From Tubiluchus corallicola (Eukaryota; Animalia; Priapulida): 64,000 nt of DNA. A model generated the notes under the pieces. The model saw only the letters and a list, made by a program, of their open reading frames with translations. It was not told the DNA's origin and ran no database searches. The DNA is taken from the NCBI GenBank assembly GCA_030141605.1, contig JAQGDQ010002370.1, positions 337,167-401,166 of the forward strand, read 5' to 3'. Position 1 is the stretch's first letter, and each line of letters starts with the position of its first letter. The translations under genes and the position numbers were made by a program. This document shows, in pieces, positions 13,406 through 26,000 of this stretch.

Positions 13406-13879
13406 CACACACACACACACGTGCTTCCGTTCTTTCCTCGCCATAATTATCTTCTCCTTATCTCCCCCATCTCAAATTCTCGCACTTTTTGTAATAGAGT
13501 TTGCAATTATGCTCAACCTTAATTATAAAGCTGTTAAAAAGTTGTATACTCGGGCTGTAAACTCTTGCCCCATTATTATTTTTCAATTGTCATTCTGTTA
13601 AATGAATCGTGCTAATAACTGCATGCAAAATAATTGTTTGGTGGATTACGCAGTAAAATAAACATTAAAATAATAAAGGAAAAATCTACGATATGTATAT
13701 TTTTATGCTCGAAATGAAATAATACTAATAATGATGATGATGATGACAATGACGACGACGATGACAACGACGATCATAACTCGTAATAACGCTCTATTTA
13801 TAATGCCAAACTCGCTTAGCGTCAATTTTTTTTGCAATCCGGTTTGACTGTCATAATAATAATAATAATGATGATAATA

Positions 13880-13974
<95 letters not shown>

Positions 13975-14002
13975 AATAATAATAATAATGTCCTGCTGTA
14001 GT
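13333..14002 (+). repeat. Direct duplicate of 29402-29945 (segment X), including (CA)n and (AAT/GAT)n microsatellites
   Basis: Near-identical unique sequence GTGCTTCCGTTCTTTCCTCGCCATAATT...ATGCTCGAAAT, with both copies ending TCCTGCTGTAGT. Confidence 0.95.
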
Positions 14003-14501
14003 CGAAACATCATAGCTCGCTTGTTATCTATAAATTTTATACATTTTCTGAAGATGCTAAATGACTGTGTAGTTATAACACCTTTATCTGTACTGGATTT
14101 TTCAATACATGGCACACGAGCAAAAAATGAAAATGCAAAAGTCAGACTCTGTAAATTTTTATTTATTGAAATTCATACGACCTCTATCCTTCCAGAACTT
14201 TCAAGAAAAATGCACAAGTGTTTTTTAAACGAGTACCTAACATATTTCTTCAGAGAAATTATGCTAATCGCACTAGACCTAGACAAGACCAATGGTCATT
14301 CAGGGCAACGATCTACATAAATACACAAAACACACAACGATCTACATAAAATACACAAAAAGCAAAATTTAAAATCCCATGTAAAATCGAACTACAGGTA
14401 TAGCTGTATAGCTTTACAGATATATACAGTACATCCGGGTGTTTTCAGACTGGGCCAGCTATAAAAAATCAATTGACAATGTTACTATAGGCATCTCCAT
14501 T

Positions 14502-17148
14502 TTAATTATAATATCTAGACCTAGGCCTAGACGTACTGAGGCGCGCCCCAATTTGTCTAAGTTCGTCAGAAATTATGTAAATTAGCGAAGCTGTTTTCTT
14601 GGCAATGCCAGTGATGAAGTCAAAGAGTATTTCTAACTCATCTTCTCTCAGAGCACACACTCTTTCCATTTCAATTGGTCCAGGGCAGGTAGATTGACCT
14701 TTCATCAAACCACCAATAAGCTGCATAACTGGGGTTTCCCAATTAAAGATGTAGGAGTCATCATTATTTAAACAGGACTCCATCATCGAATCTGGAAAAA
14801 ATGTTTTAATCTTAGTAAATTGCTATTATGTTCAAAATAAATTTTGTGACACATGACAGATGCGAATATACTGGAGCAGTTCAAACGCGAAAAAATGAAT
14901 ACTTATTTGGTAAGAATTGTGATTACAATATTATATGATTTAGAAGTTTATGGAACGTTCGTCTTTAGCTAGTCAGAAATTCACTTGAGGGTGATTTCAT
15001 TAAGTTGAAAATAGAACCTGCATCACTGAAACTCAACAAATAAAGGCTTAAGGTGCAGTCAAAACCGCCCAGATGCAATTTTCCTAACGATACTCATCCG
15101 TTTGGTAAACTGGTTCAGTATTCCTGAACTTTCGTAACTAAGCACACCAGTACCCATGTCTAAATTATGTACATTATCGTGACGCAATTACTATGAAAAT
15201 AACTTATTAAACTTTCAAGCAAGTAGTGTTACTCAGTTACTACTTTAATCAGTATGATAATTTCACAAAAAACATTTAGGCCTATTATCTTTATTCGTAC
15301 GTAGCACTCTAAGTTCGAAAAAACTGAATCCAGATCTGATGCCGTAATATTTCTTCAGACGTTTCTTAACCCATCAGGTAGTTTATCAAACATAAAAACA
15401 TTTTCAAATGGCCCCTTTAGCCCTGACCTATTCATTTGTTCATGACTTTGCAAGGAGCATATTACTATGTTTTAGGGATCTTTGTCAAGGGAAATGACTG
15501 GGAGAAAATCCAGTGCCGGATTAATCATTAGGCAAACATAGCACACGCCTTAAGGCCAGCCAAAAATCGGGCCACAAAAAATCAGGAAAAAATTCATAAG
15601 TTTTCAGGTGGTGATAAAAATTTCTTTCCTTTATTTTTACACGTAAATAAATGTTTTGTATTTTTTACTGTGACCTTTGCAATAACGAATGAATGAGACA
15701 CCATTCTGACAGGAACGTTTGTCGAAAATTTTAACTTAACATAGTTGATGAATAGCACCTTATTTTTTGTTAACCATGTGATAATTTTGTTTGCTTTTTT
15801 GTCGTAAAGGCTCTGCTATTTTGTTTTTCTTTAAGAAATTAATCTATCGTGTGTTTCTTTTAGAGGAATACCTGCTACAGTTTAAATTTCGCACTTCTTG
15901 TGTAAAGCATGTCTGGTCCTAATACATCTCATGATGATAGGGGGTCACTGTAGTTGTCCAAGATATTTTCTCTTGCACCTGGTCCTTTTAATCTTGCTGC
16001 TTAAGCTCTGAGGGCGTAGTATAAGCTGTATGTGGAAGATTTTGAAGACTGGTTAAGCTTTCAAGCTATTCCGCTGACTGCTGATCTCAAAAACTCCTGG
16101 CTTCTGAATAGGATGGAGTTAGATGTTACAAGGATTCTGCGAGGTTTAAAACTTGTTATTCAAGATTCTGTAGGCAGTCGACTAGATAGCTATGAATCTG
16201 CGAAAGCGCCACTTTGCAACAGTATTTTGCTGCCCCTGCTAACTCAGTGTATGAATGTTATGCCTTTCGAGCAGGGTCCTAATGAATGCATTGACAATTT
16301 ATTCGCCGAACTGAAAATCTTGGCTAAAAATTATAGTTTTACTGACAGCTCCTATGAAACCAATGACAACCAAATGGTGCATGACCAAATGATAATAGGG
16401 TTAAAGTTCGTTCACATCAGGAGAAAATTACTGTCTGAAAAGAAACTCACTTTTTCCATTGTCATCGATATTGACGAGCCAGTGAGTCTTCTGCTAGGCT
16501 GCTGAAATGAGTGAAGCTCAGCAACACTCTGAAGAATTTCCTTTTTTGTTGGCCATGAAACTGTAGCAATACACTTAAGAAATCCAAGTATTGGTCCTGA
16601 CAGGAAATGGGGTATATCGTAAAACATAGTCCATTGAAAAAGTCCAAGAAAGCCAAGGGCGAACTAAGCATATGGGCACATGTACCAATAGTAATTACTG
16701 TAAAAAATATTGGTTGTTCTAAATTTTTACTCAATAAATTTTCTTTTTCTAAGTTTAACTGATTTTCTTTTCGTCGGTGAGCCCAAAATATCTGTGGTTT
16801 CAGGTCACTTATCAAAATGGGCATTAGGGCCAGCAGAGCCTTAATCTGGCACTGAGAAAATCCCCAAGCAGCGATGAAAGCCAAGCTGCCCATTGACCAC
16901 TAAGCCCCCGACTAACTAGAAACAGCAGTCAGAATAAAAACATTAAGTACATTGTAAAAGAACTGTCAGTCAGTGTTGTCTGCTTAATAAATCTCATTAC
17001 CTATAGCCTATTGCTACAATGATACCCGTCACCATTCCTCGAAAACTTTGACTTGCTGTGAAACCAGTGCCCACATCAGTCTGATCCTGTCCAAATATTA
17101 AGCATCCGCCCGAATGTATTGGCCCAGGAATAGAACCGTAATTACCAG
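14502..17148 (-). pseudogene. Partial inverted copy B' of pentraxin-like gene B (last two exons only)
   Basis: Exon ~17148-17019 GNYGSIPGPIHSGGCLIFGQDQTDVGTGFTASQSFRGMVTGI and last exon 14791-14502 SMMESCLNN...RPRSRYYN*. Upstream exons absent. Confidence 0.85.
15909..17018 (+). mobile_element. Degraded Gypsy-type gag fragment with LTR-like 3' end (copy in B')
   Basis: PGPFNL..YKLYVEDFEDW..QGPNECIDNLFAELKILAKNYSF..MVHDQMIIGL..IRRKLLSEKKLTF is a typical Gypsy gag capsid pattern. Ends AATAAA...GCTACA at 17018. Confidence 0.8.
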
Positions 17149-17280
17149 CTTGAAATTAAACAAAAGTAAATTTAACATCAAAGGCGTCTTTCATTAAGTT
17201 ATTACAAAAATGACGTGAAATTAAGAGGTTTTGAAAGCGAAGATCGCGTTGTTTTATGTTGTTTTAGGGCGTGTATACAG

Positions 17281-18352
17281 ATATTTTCATAAGGTACGGA
17301 ATGACCACAAAGGTCTGTTATGTAAGGTTTGTGGAATTTGGCAACACTTGATATGTAATCTAACGACAGAGCAAGACAGTGTTTTAACTAGTGTAGATTT
17401 GTGGTACTGTACAAATTGTCTTGCAGATATATTGCCCTTCAATAATATAGAAAATGAAATACAATTCAAAAACGCTATTGACCTGATCGATATACCCGAT
17501 TCAGTTACCTTACAACTTGCTGGATTACATCTAAATCCATTTGATTATAATGAAAGATTATTGTCTTCACAATATGCAGATTTTGATACAGACCTAAACT
17601 TCTATAACAGAATAGGTAGATTAAAGTGTGACTATACTGTCCACGCTGAATGGTGAATTTTCGATACTATCTTTTACAGAAACCTGGCTTAATGATCAGA
17701 ATAAAGATCAGTTTTCAATAAAACATTATAATCACTACTCAAAAACCCGCAAACAGAGAACAGGTGGAGGGGTTTCCCTGTATATAAAGGATGATTTAAA
17801 CAGTAAACCTCGTAATGGCTTAGACTGTTTCGATGAACTAACCTGTGAATCACTGTTTGTTAAAATTACCCAAGAACATACAAAAATGGTCTTAGTTGGA
17901 GTGTTATATAGACCTCCGGGTACCAGTATCCCAGTATTCCTTGATGGTTTAGATAATCTTCTCTCTAAAATAATTGATAAAAACAAACACATCTTTGTCT
18001 GCGGCGATTTCAACTTAAAATTGCTTAACTGTGACTCACACGAAGGAACTGAATCTTTTCTCAATTGCCTACCTAGTCATTCATTGTATCCCTTAATCAG
18101 CAACCAACAAGAATTACTACTTACTCAGCAACTTTAATCGATAATATATGTACAAACTGTGTGTCAAATGACAACCTAAACTCGGGCATTCTCTACAGTG
18201 ACATATCTGACCAATTTCCCATTTATTCAGTAACTAGCTTGAAAGCACTTCATTCAAAACCAGTAGTTTCAAAATTTAGAATCTTTAATGATAGCACTGT
18301 CGCAGACTTCAAGTCCAAACTAGCATCCCATGACTGGTCCCAAATCTTTTGC
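17281..18352 (+). mobile_element. CR1/L2-group LINE fragment: PHD finger plus APE endonuclease
   Basis: CKVC..WQHLIC..WYCTNC PHD-like finger; endonuclease motifs TETWL, GGGVSLYI, YRPP, GDFN, LIDN, SDISDQFPI; frameshifted; no RT attached. Confidence 0.9.
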
Positions 18353-18840
18353 AGTGCATTTGGAAAACTATGAGCAATGCAAGATGTATAAATTAAAGCT
18401 AGCAATATGGGTAGAAGCCCAGTTGCGTATGTATAATATTCCGCTTGGAGCCGATCAGGGCCTGGACTTTTGTGGTGAGACAGGCTAGACATGGCATCCT
18501 GAACCTCTCTTACAGTGATTGCAGGAGCATTGTTTAGGTTGGTAGTCAGAGATTCCTTTAGCCTAATTGGTAGATCGCAATTGTCAAGAGAATTAAGAAG
18601 TGCCTGGTAGTGGTTCTTCCACATATCACATATTTGCTTTTCGCCAGTGGTTTACCCAATGCGGGAAGGGAGGAGAGTTGCTTAGAATTTGACTCCTTTT
18701 TAATGGATGCCCAGAATTGATATGAATTACAGTGCATATATCTGTAGGCTCTCCGATCAGCAACAATAACCTGCTCATTTCTCTTACATGCTCGGAGAGA
18801 ATATTTGAATTGAGCTCGAACCTAGTGCATTGCTTCTGAA
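18353..18840 (-). mobile_element. Truncated duplicate of the RTE-X-like LINE fragment at 50382-50860
   Basis: WKNHYQALLNS..ITVREVQDAMSSLSHHKSPGPDRLQAEYY, nearly identical to ORF 50372..50653. Confidence 0.9.
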
Positions 18841-20031
18841 ATTGGACCTTGACGATTTTTGTCTTTCAGTCAGTTTTGGTCAGTTTTAGTTCTAGAACAA
18901 AATTTCAGTCTACCATTGATATATACTATTGTACATGTTTTCATTCAACTGGCTCCTTTGCACGTGACTACCTCTTTATGCAATCTGTGTTAGGTGAGCT
19001 TACATACCACTGTTCTTTTTTCATGACAACACGTTTATAATCTGTCATTTAGCTAATATGCAATTTTACGCATCCATTTTTATGTAGTTCAGCTGTACAA
19101 TTATGAATACTGCAGTAGTTATTTTAATGACGTTTATTGCCGAATCAAGCGCACATCCATCCGTAAAGATTCATACACGACGTAAGTATTGATCAAATCA
19201 AGTCATTTGGTTTTTTCCTGAATCAAAAATAAATAAGCGATTGGTATAAGTTCAATAACCAAACAAACGGGAAGGAGACGCAGAGATACGTGATTTACAG
19301 TAAAATTCATTCACGTAAAGTTTTACATTTACAGTTTCAATATATTTTTATTGAATAAGAAATATTGCAACATGGCTTGAACAGACAGTTTCTAACAAAT
19401 GATAAATGTTCTCATCAATGAAATGTGGCACTTAGTAGAGTGCAGGTAATAGACAAACAGTAGAAGCATTACAGTATGACTACTAGCATAAATATATACA
19501 TAGCAGAATGTTGAGAAATAAATAAATATTACTCTGTAATCAATATAAACTAGTACAGAGACTAGAAGCGCTTAGTTAGAAATATAAATTTCTTTACAAG
19601 CTTAAATACTTGAATATTAACAGATATACTTAAGTGTGGATTACCATGAAGAAACAGATAAACGAGTTCATTTGTTGACAACATGAATTACACGAATTTA
19701 AATAATCGAGAGTTGATATCATGAAGTATTAGCGTATTATTTATTTAGAGCAAGCCTCCCTTTTAGATTACAGACCAAGTGTGAAGCCATAGTAACGCTA
19801 CTTCAGTAACAGTAATATCGAACTAGCCATTGGCTCTTCCCGATTCTGGTTACTATCTTTTGTAATGTAAAGTTGTAAACCAGTGTAACTGCGAGTTTTT
19901 TGCTTTTTCAGCGGTTATCCGCAGTCATGGGAAGACCGATAAAATATTGTTATGTTTTTCAGCTTGAAAACATCAATCAATTTTTAGTATATTTTCACTG
20001 AAGCTACATTTTGATTATGTTAACTGTATAG

Positions 20032-23000
20032 GTGCCAATCGATATGATCCTACAAGATTCACTTTCCCGAGATATGATTCTATACAAAGCGATCTAACTC
20101 AGTATAAAAGCTTCGTGGAATCTTCTGTGACAGACCTTCAAAGTAAGTAGACCAAATTACATTTATACGTGTATCAGGCTGACGCAGATAGAATTACGTA
20201 ACACGTAATATGTGAATATTTTTAATATTAGTCGATGTACGTGTATAATAGACTTAATTTAGAAGAAAGCTTTTATGCTAAATTCGTTGAATTTAAAATT
20301 AAATGCAAACGTATGTTTAATATTTAGTTTCCCTTTAATAGCGTACTTAATTTAATATGTTTAGTAATGCATAAGGATTACGCAAATGTTATACACTTCC
20401 CCGGGCATATACAGTTCCACGAATGTGTATCTACAGTGCTTATTATGATGTCCTTCAACATTTTATCATGTTACACGTTTTTCTGCATGTGTAATGACTT
20501 GCATGCAGTTAAAGGGCTACAGCTTTATACATTTTCGTTTAAATGAAACTTACCGCAAATAAGCCTAGTGTGGTAAAATTTTGGATACATTCTAAATGCG
20601 ATTTACATATAAAGGGTAACTAGGAAAAGCATATATAGTCTAGTCTTTTTTATAAATGGGCAACATAGCCAGTCTTATCAGTTTAACTACTCTGAATCCG
20701 AAAAACCTGTTGCCATCTCGAAAAATTAGCGGAAAGGGGCTAAACGCAAAAAAACATGGCTGCCAAGTTTTTGTGCAAACAACGTAAATTAAGAGAAACG
20801 TTTACAAAATTAATATTAAGAAGGCAACATGACAGCTATTCCAAGGTTCCAGTTGGACCCGAGGAACTCATTTCTGTCATTTTCATTTCAAAAATGGTTA
20901 CCGTTTTCAAAATGGCTGCCAAGCAATAATGCCGATCACGCTATTGCATTAACTGTTTTATCATAGATTTATTAGACAAACAAGAACCAATCAACTGGAT
21001 CTTCTCGAATCTAGATAGCTGCTACTAGTATGAAAGTAATACAAAGCGATTCAAACAGCCCAATAAGCTAAAAACAAAACGGCCGACCTTGTTGACTCTA
21101 AATACTGTTAGATTAATAACTAATAATAAGAAATGAGCAAAAAAGATAGTGGCTGTCGCTGACGTGCTTGACGTATAGTCCAGCAAAATCGTGAAAATTG
21201 TTCATTTCGTGTAAAGGTTATAAATTTAGCAGAATGCTAGAATGTCAAGGTAAGTAATTTTGGATAAAAAATTATTCAATATGGGCGCCATTTTCAAGAT
21301 GACCAAAAAGATGGCTCGCTAGCATGTAAAGGCTATAATATATCTTAACCATTAGAACAGATAAGAAGATTTTGGTGTCATGCAGGGGCCAAGCAACCCA
21401 TAAATAAAACTTAAGCTCTAGTAGCTAAGATACGGCTTTAAAAAAATTAGCAATAGCCTTCATCTTCTTAGCAATTTTTGAAATGGTGGCAATATTGGAT
21501 GATTTTCGTCTGACCTCATATCCAAAATTGATCACTTTGATGGGTTTGAATTTTATGTAATATAACCTTTATATGCCAGCGAACCATGTTGGCCATCTTG
21601 AAAATAGCGCCCATATTGCAAGACTTATTTTATCCAAAATTAATCACCTTGACATTCTAGTATTCCGCTAAATTTTATAACTTTTACACGAAATGCACGG
21701 CAGCCATTTTCCTTTTTGCTCATTTTTAAATATTAGTTATTAGTCTAGCAGTATTTAGAGTCAAGGTCGAATTAACAAAAATGACCTGCCTTATATTTTT
21801 ATAATAAATCCTTAGATGAAACAGGTAATATAATTAGTCGGCACAATTTATTTTTGTATGGCAGCCATTTTGAAAACCGTGACCATTTCTGTACAAAAGT
21901 AACAGAAACGGGTAGCAAAGTCAATGGAATAGATGTCATCATCACTTCATAATATCAATTTTCAGGGAACTTGTTTTGATTTACATTGTGTGCGCAAAAA
22001 ATTTGCAGCCACTGTATTTTTTGCATTTTTTACCATTTTCCATTAGATTTTCAAGCCAACAACAAACTTTGCTAACATTGGCTATGTTGCCCACTTTTAG
22101 AAAAAATGCCTCTAGAAATTTATAGAAGCTCCTTTCATGATTTTCTTCTAGTCTAATGACGGCCATTTTGAAGGCGGTCGTCATTGTTGAAATGAAAATT
22201 ACAGAAATGGGTTCCACGAGTCCAACTGCCTTGGAATAGATGTCATAACGGCTTTTAATGTTAATTTTCTAGAAATTTCTTTTAATTTATGCACACTTCA
22301 GCACAGAACCTCAAGTACTACGACTAAAACAAAAATCTGCCTCGAAAGAACACTCATTCAGAAGTTAAAAAGAACAGCTTTTAGTTAGCCATTCTTAGCA
22401 CGGAAACGGAGATGGACTATGGAGACGGACGGGCTTCAAAAAAATCTAATCGATGGACGGGACTCAGGGTTGGCAGTCCTAGCACGTAAGTCTGACAGCA
22501 GACTTTGGCTGGAATCCGAATAATATATATGGTAACGTGCTACTCACTGGACCTAACTAGAAGATAAACAGTAGCTGAATGTGACATATTATATTAAGGT
22601 GGTGTGCTTGCAATTAAGTGTCCCAGTGGTCCCAATGTGTGCTTCGTTATTGTTCAGTTGGGTATGAGCCTGCCGAATCAATCACAATGTCACCTCAGTG
22701 CAATCAGAATCATCAGATTACAGGTATTTTAATTTTGTTGTAGGTCTGACCCCAACTTGTACAAACGCTACAGAAGAGACTATGGTTGTATTTCCGGAAC
22801 GTGGTACAGAAGATTATATAAAACTAAATAATGTAATCACTACTGATTTGGACGCCATGACAACATGCATGGTAAGCCTCATTTCTGTAAAAAACTCAGA
22901 GGAACATAAAGAAGCTGAGTCTGCTGAAATGATTTTATCCTAGTCATAGTCGTCCACTATGGTTCCGAAGGGTAAAGAGATGAACACTATAGGTTTTTAA

Positions 23001-26000
23001 CAAATGTTGCTACCTTCTCACTCATCACTTACTATGATATACTGTAGGAGTACCTAACTAGAACAAAAAGGCCACATAAATCTGAAGGCAAATGATGTTT
23101 TACCAAGATGCAATCACTCAAATCTCGAATCTTTTTGACAATCTAGTGAACTGAGTGTCTGATATCTATTTTGTGACAGAACAAATAGACTGTAATGATT
23201 TTGTTAATTTAATTTAAATGCTGCACTCGATTATTTTCCCTATAACCTCGTGAATAATGACTAGTGGGGCATTATTGCCTATCGCCAGCTATCTCTAATA
23301 TCACTATAAATGTAATTTTCTAGTGGATGAAAACTGACGTCCCATTTACTGGTAATCCTGAAGCCAAAGATGATGACATTGCACTTATGTCATATGCTAC
23401 TGGTCCGGCTGCTGCATCTAACCAGTTTTTAGTCTTAGTGCGAGGAAACGACATTCTTGTATTTGTCAATGGAGAGCTACAGTGAGATTATACTACGAAC
23501 TACTAACATAAGATTCTATTTCTTTCACAATAAAACTTTTTCTTTGATCTTTTTCAGACTTTTCTAAAAACTTCTATACTTTTGTCTCACATAATTTGTC
23601 AAAACTTTTCAAATGTTAAGGTTCTTTCTTACACTTTCTTAGAAATGTGAAATTCAGGCAAATGAGTCGTTGATGATGTGTTGATATACAGCCTAAAATA
23701 AAGGTACGCCAAGAAAAACTCAACTTTCAAATTGGCCTATAATTATGTAATTTTATGATCTATTTGAAAGTAGTATAACAATACCTAGAAATGTATTGAA
23801 ACATCATTATATTCTAGCTTATTGCTGGCATATGGAGTGTTATTCCGAACTGAAAAAACCGATCCGAACCGATATGAACCGATACCGATTTTTCCCAAAA
23901 CCAGTATCGAATCGATATATTATTGATTATCTTTGAAAACAGATGATGATTTCCTCAAAACCAATACCGATTAACCGATCATTGATTATTGTTTAGATCA
24001 GCTATAAATGCAAATTATGAACATTTGTGTTCACAAGTGGAAAATTACAAATATCTTTCAAAACTGGAGATGTTTGCCTGTCCATGTTTAAACATCTTGC
24101 TGCTAATGCTATCAAGTAATTACGCAACGAGAGACCTTCACAGTTTATGTTGAAATATGTATAAGCGTTAGTGTTGTTCCGAACCCGAAAAATCCATCCG
24201 AACCGACACAGATTTTTATTTTCCTCGAAACCAATACCAAACCAACACAGATTTTTTTATTTTCTTCAAAACCGTTACCGAACCCGCATTTTTTCGCAAA
24301 TACCGGAACCAATCTGTCGGAACAACACTTCACTTAGGTATAGAAATTCTATGGGGTATCGGTTTTTAGAAGTGCAATTTGATAGTATAGCACAATTTTA
24401 TCAGTAAGAGCAACAGTGACATACCAGATTCTCATATGATCTTCAGTTTCCTTATCGCTAACAAATTACCTATAATGCGTCCATACTACCACACTTGCCG
24501 CACAAATGTCAAGTTTATAATGGAATTCAATTATAAATAAACCGTGAAAGAATGGAAATGTTTACCACGTAAATGCTGCAATGACACTTTATTAAATACT
24601 AATACACAGTTAACGCTGTTACGTTATTTTACTATGGCAGGACGATTACAGATATTGCAGCCAATCTGAGGGACAATGAATGGCATTATGTTTGTATTGG
24701 CTGGTCAATGGACGGTTCATTTTGCGTAACAGTGGATGGAGTAACAGGTCCGTGCAAACGTGCTTCCATTTAGTTTTTTCATTACACTAGACAAATAATT
24801 ATTTTATTTCCACCTACACAAGTTTTAGTAGCTCTTGCTTCTTAAATAATACCTCGCACTATACATATGCCATGGAGTTTTCACATTTAGAATTCAATGA
24901 AGTGACATGTATAAATTAATTTCAATGAATCTTATATGCTAAAAATTAAAAAACATAAACAGTTGAGAGTGATAATAATTATTAATTCAAAAGATAATTA
25001 TCCTTTATTTATATTAAAAAATATTGTGTACAGTTACTGTAACAGTTTGCAACTATTGGACTACCCAGTTAGGATAATGTGTTTCTAGTTCAGTTTAATC
25101 ACGTCCTGTGATCGCTGCAGCTATTCATTCTGCTCTCTCAATATAGGCTGATGTTGTTTTCGCGAAGCGAACTCACTTAAGTACTGTCACTTACAAATTA
25201 TAGCAATGATATTTGCGTGGCAGTGCCTTTGCATTTTGTCTTTTTTGCTACATATTGTACATAGTTTTAACTAATTATTTAACGATAGAAACAGGTACAT
25301 TTACTGGAGATGGCGCAGATTCAATCCAATCAGGCGGATGTCTGATTTTTGGGCAAGACCAAGACAATGTGGAAAGCGGCTTTGAAGAACGACAGAGCTT
25401 TCGAGGATGTGTTACAGATATTACAATATTTGACAGCAAATTAGAGGAAAATGTAATAGGTAAATAAACTAATTATTCAGCTGGAAAAGAGATACTCTTT
25501 TATTGTAAAGCTGTTATATTTATCTCAAACTGTTTGTAATTACTGTGGCAGATTTTACTTATATACAAAACGATTACTCTTACTATGATATGCAAAATTT
25601 ATAATAATTCTGGTCGCAGTCATTACGGTTCATGTTACAATGTCGTAAACTGAAAGGCATATCAAAGTATTAGCATATGAAAATGCAGATTATCAGGGTC
25701 GGATTTACTTATAGACTAGACAGGCTGAAGCTGGGGCCTTAAAATCCGGGAGGGGGCTGGCTCTGGTAATGGTAAAGTATAATTATCTTATTACTGTTAC
25801 AAGTCTTTCCTATGCATTTTGTGCACTAGTTTCTAAATAAGCCTTCTATTTTATTCAATAATATCTCTGGGTGCACCCTGAATTATTCTTTTCTAATAAC
25901 TATTGAAGATTTGTTTTAGTGATGTGAAAGAAGCAAGCTAATTATTATTTCAATTTGACGGCAATTTCTGCCCCAGTTGTAGCGAACTGAGCAGTAGACT

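Larger units (their letters stand above)
14003..17280 (-). repeat. Inverted duplicate (~3.2 kb) of 43811-46878
   Basis: Reverse-complement match throughout; ORF pairs 14502..14786(-)/46310..46594(+) and 16032..16505(+)/44579..45078(-). An extra ~215 bp at ~14242-14456 is absent from the other copy. Confidence 0.97.

Noticed and set aside
13317-13601. HT-repeat ORFs (also 29380-29655)
   Set aside because: Translations of (CA)n microsatellites.
13822-14320. Poly-Met/poly-Ile ORFs (also 29688-30030)
   Set aside because: Translations of (GAT)n/(AAT)n/(AAC)n microsatellites.
16462-16893. 143-aa ORF duplicated at 44198..44509
   Set aside because: Antisense to the decayed Gypsy gag region; its frame is not preserved between the two copies.
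18250-18624. 124-aa minus-strand ORF as a gene
   Set aside because: Chimeric read-through from a LINE RT fragment into the antisense of a different LINE's endonuclease.
19127-19181. Candidate first exon of gene A (MTFIAESSAHPSVKIHTR then gtaagt)
   Set aside because: Good donor and phase-1 compatible, conserved in both copies, but no signal peptide and no similarity to B/C exons 1-2; cannot be supported without transcripts.
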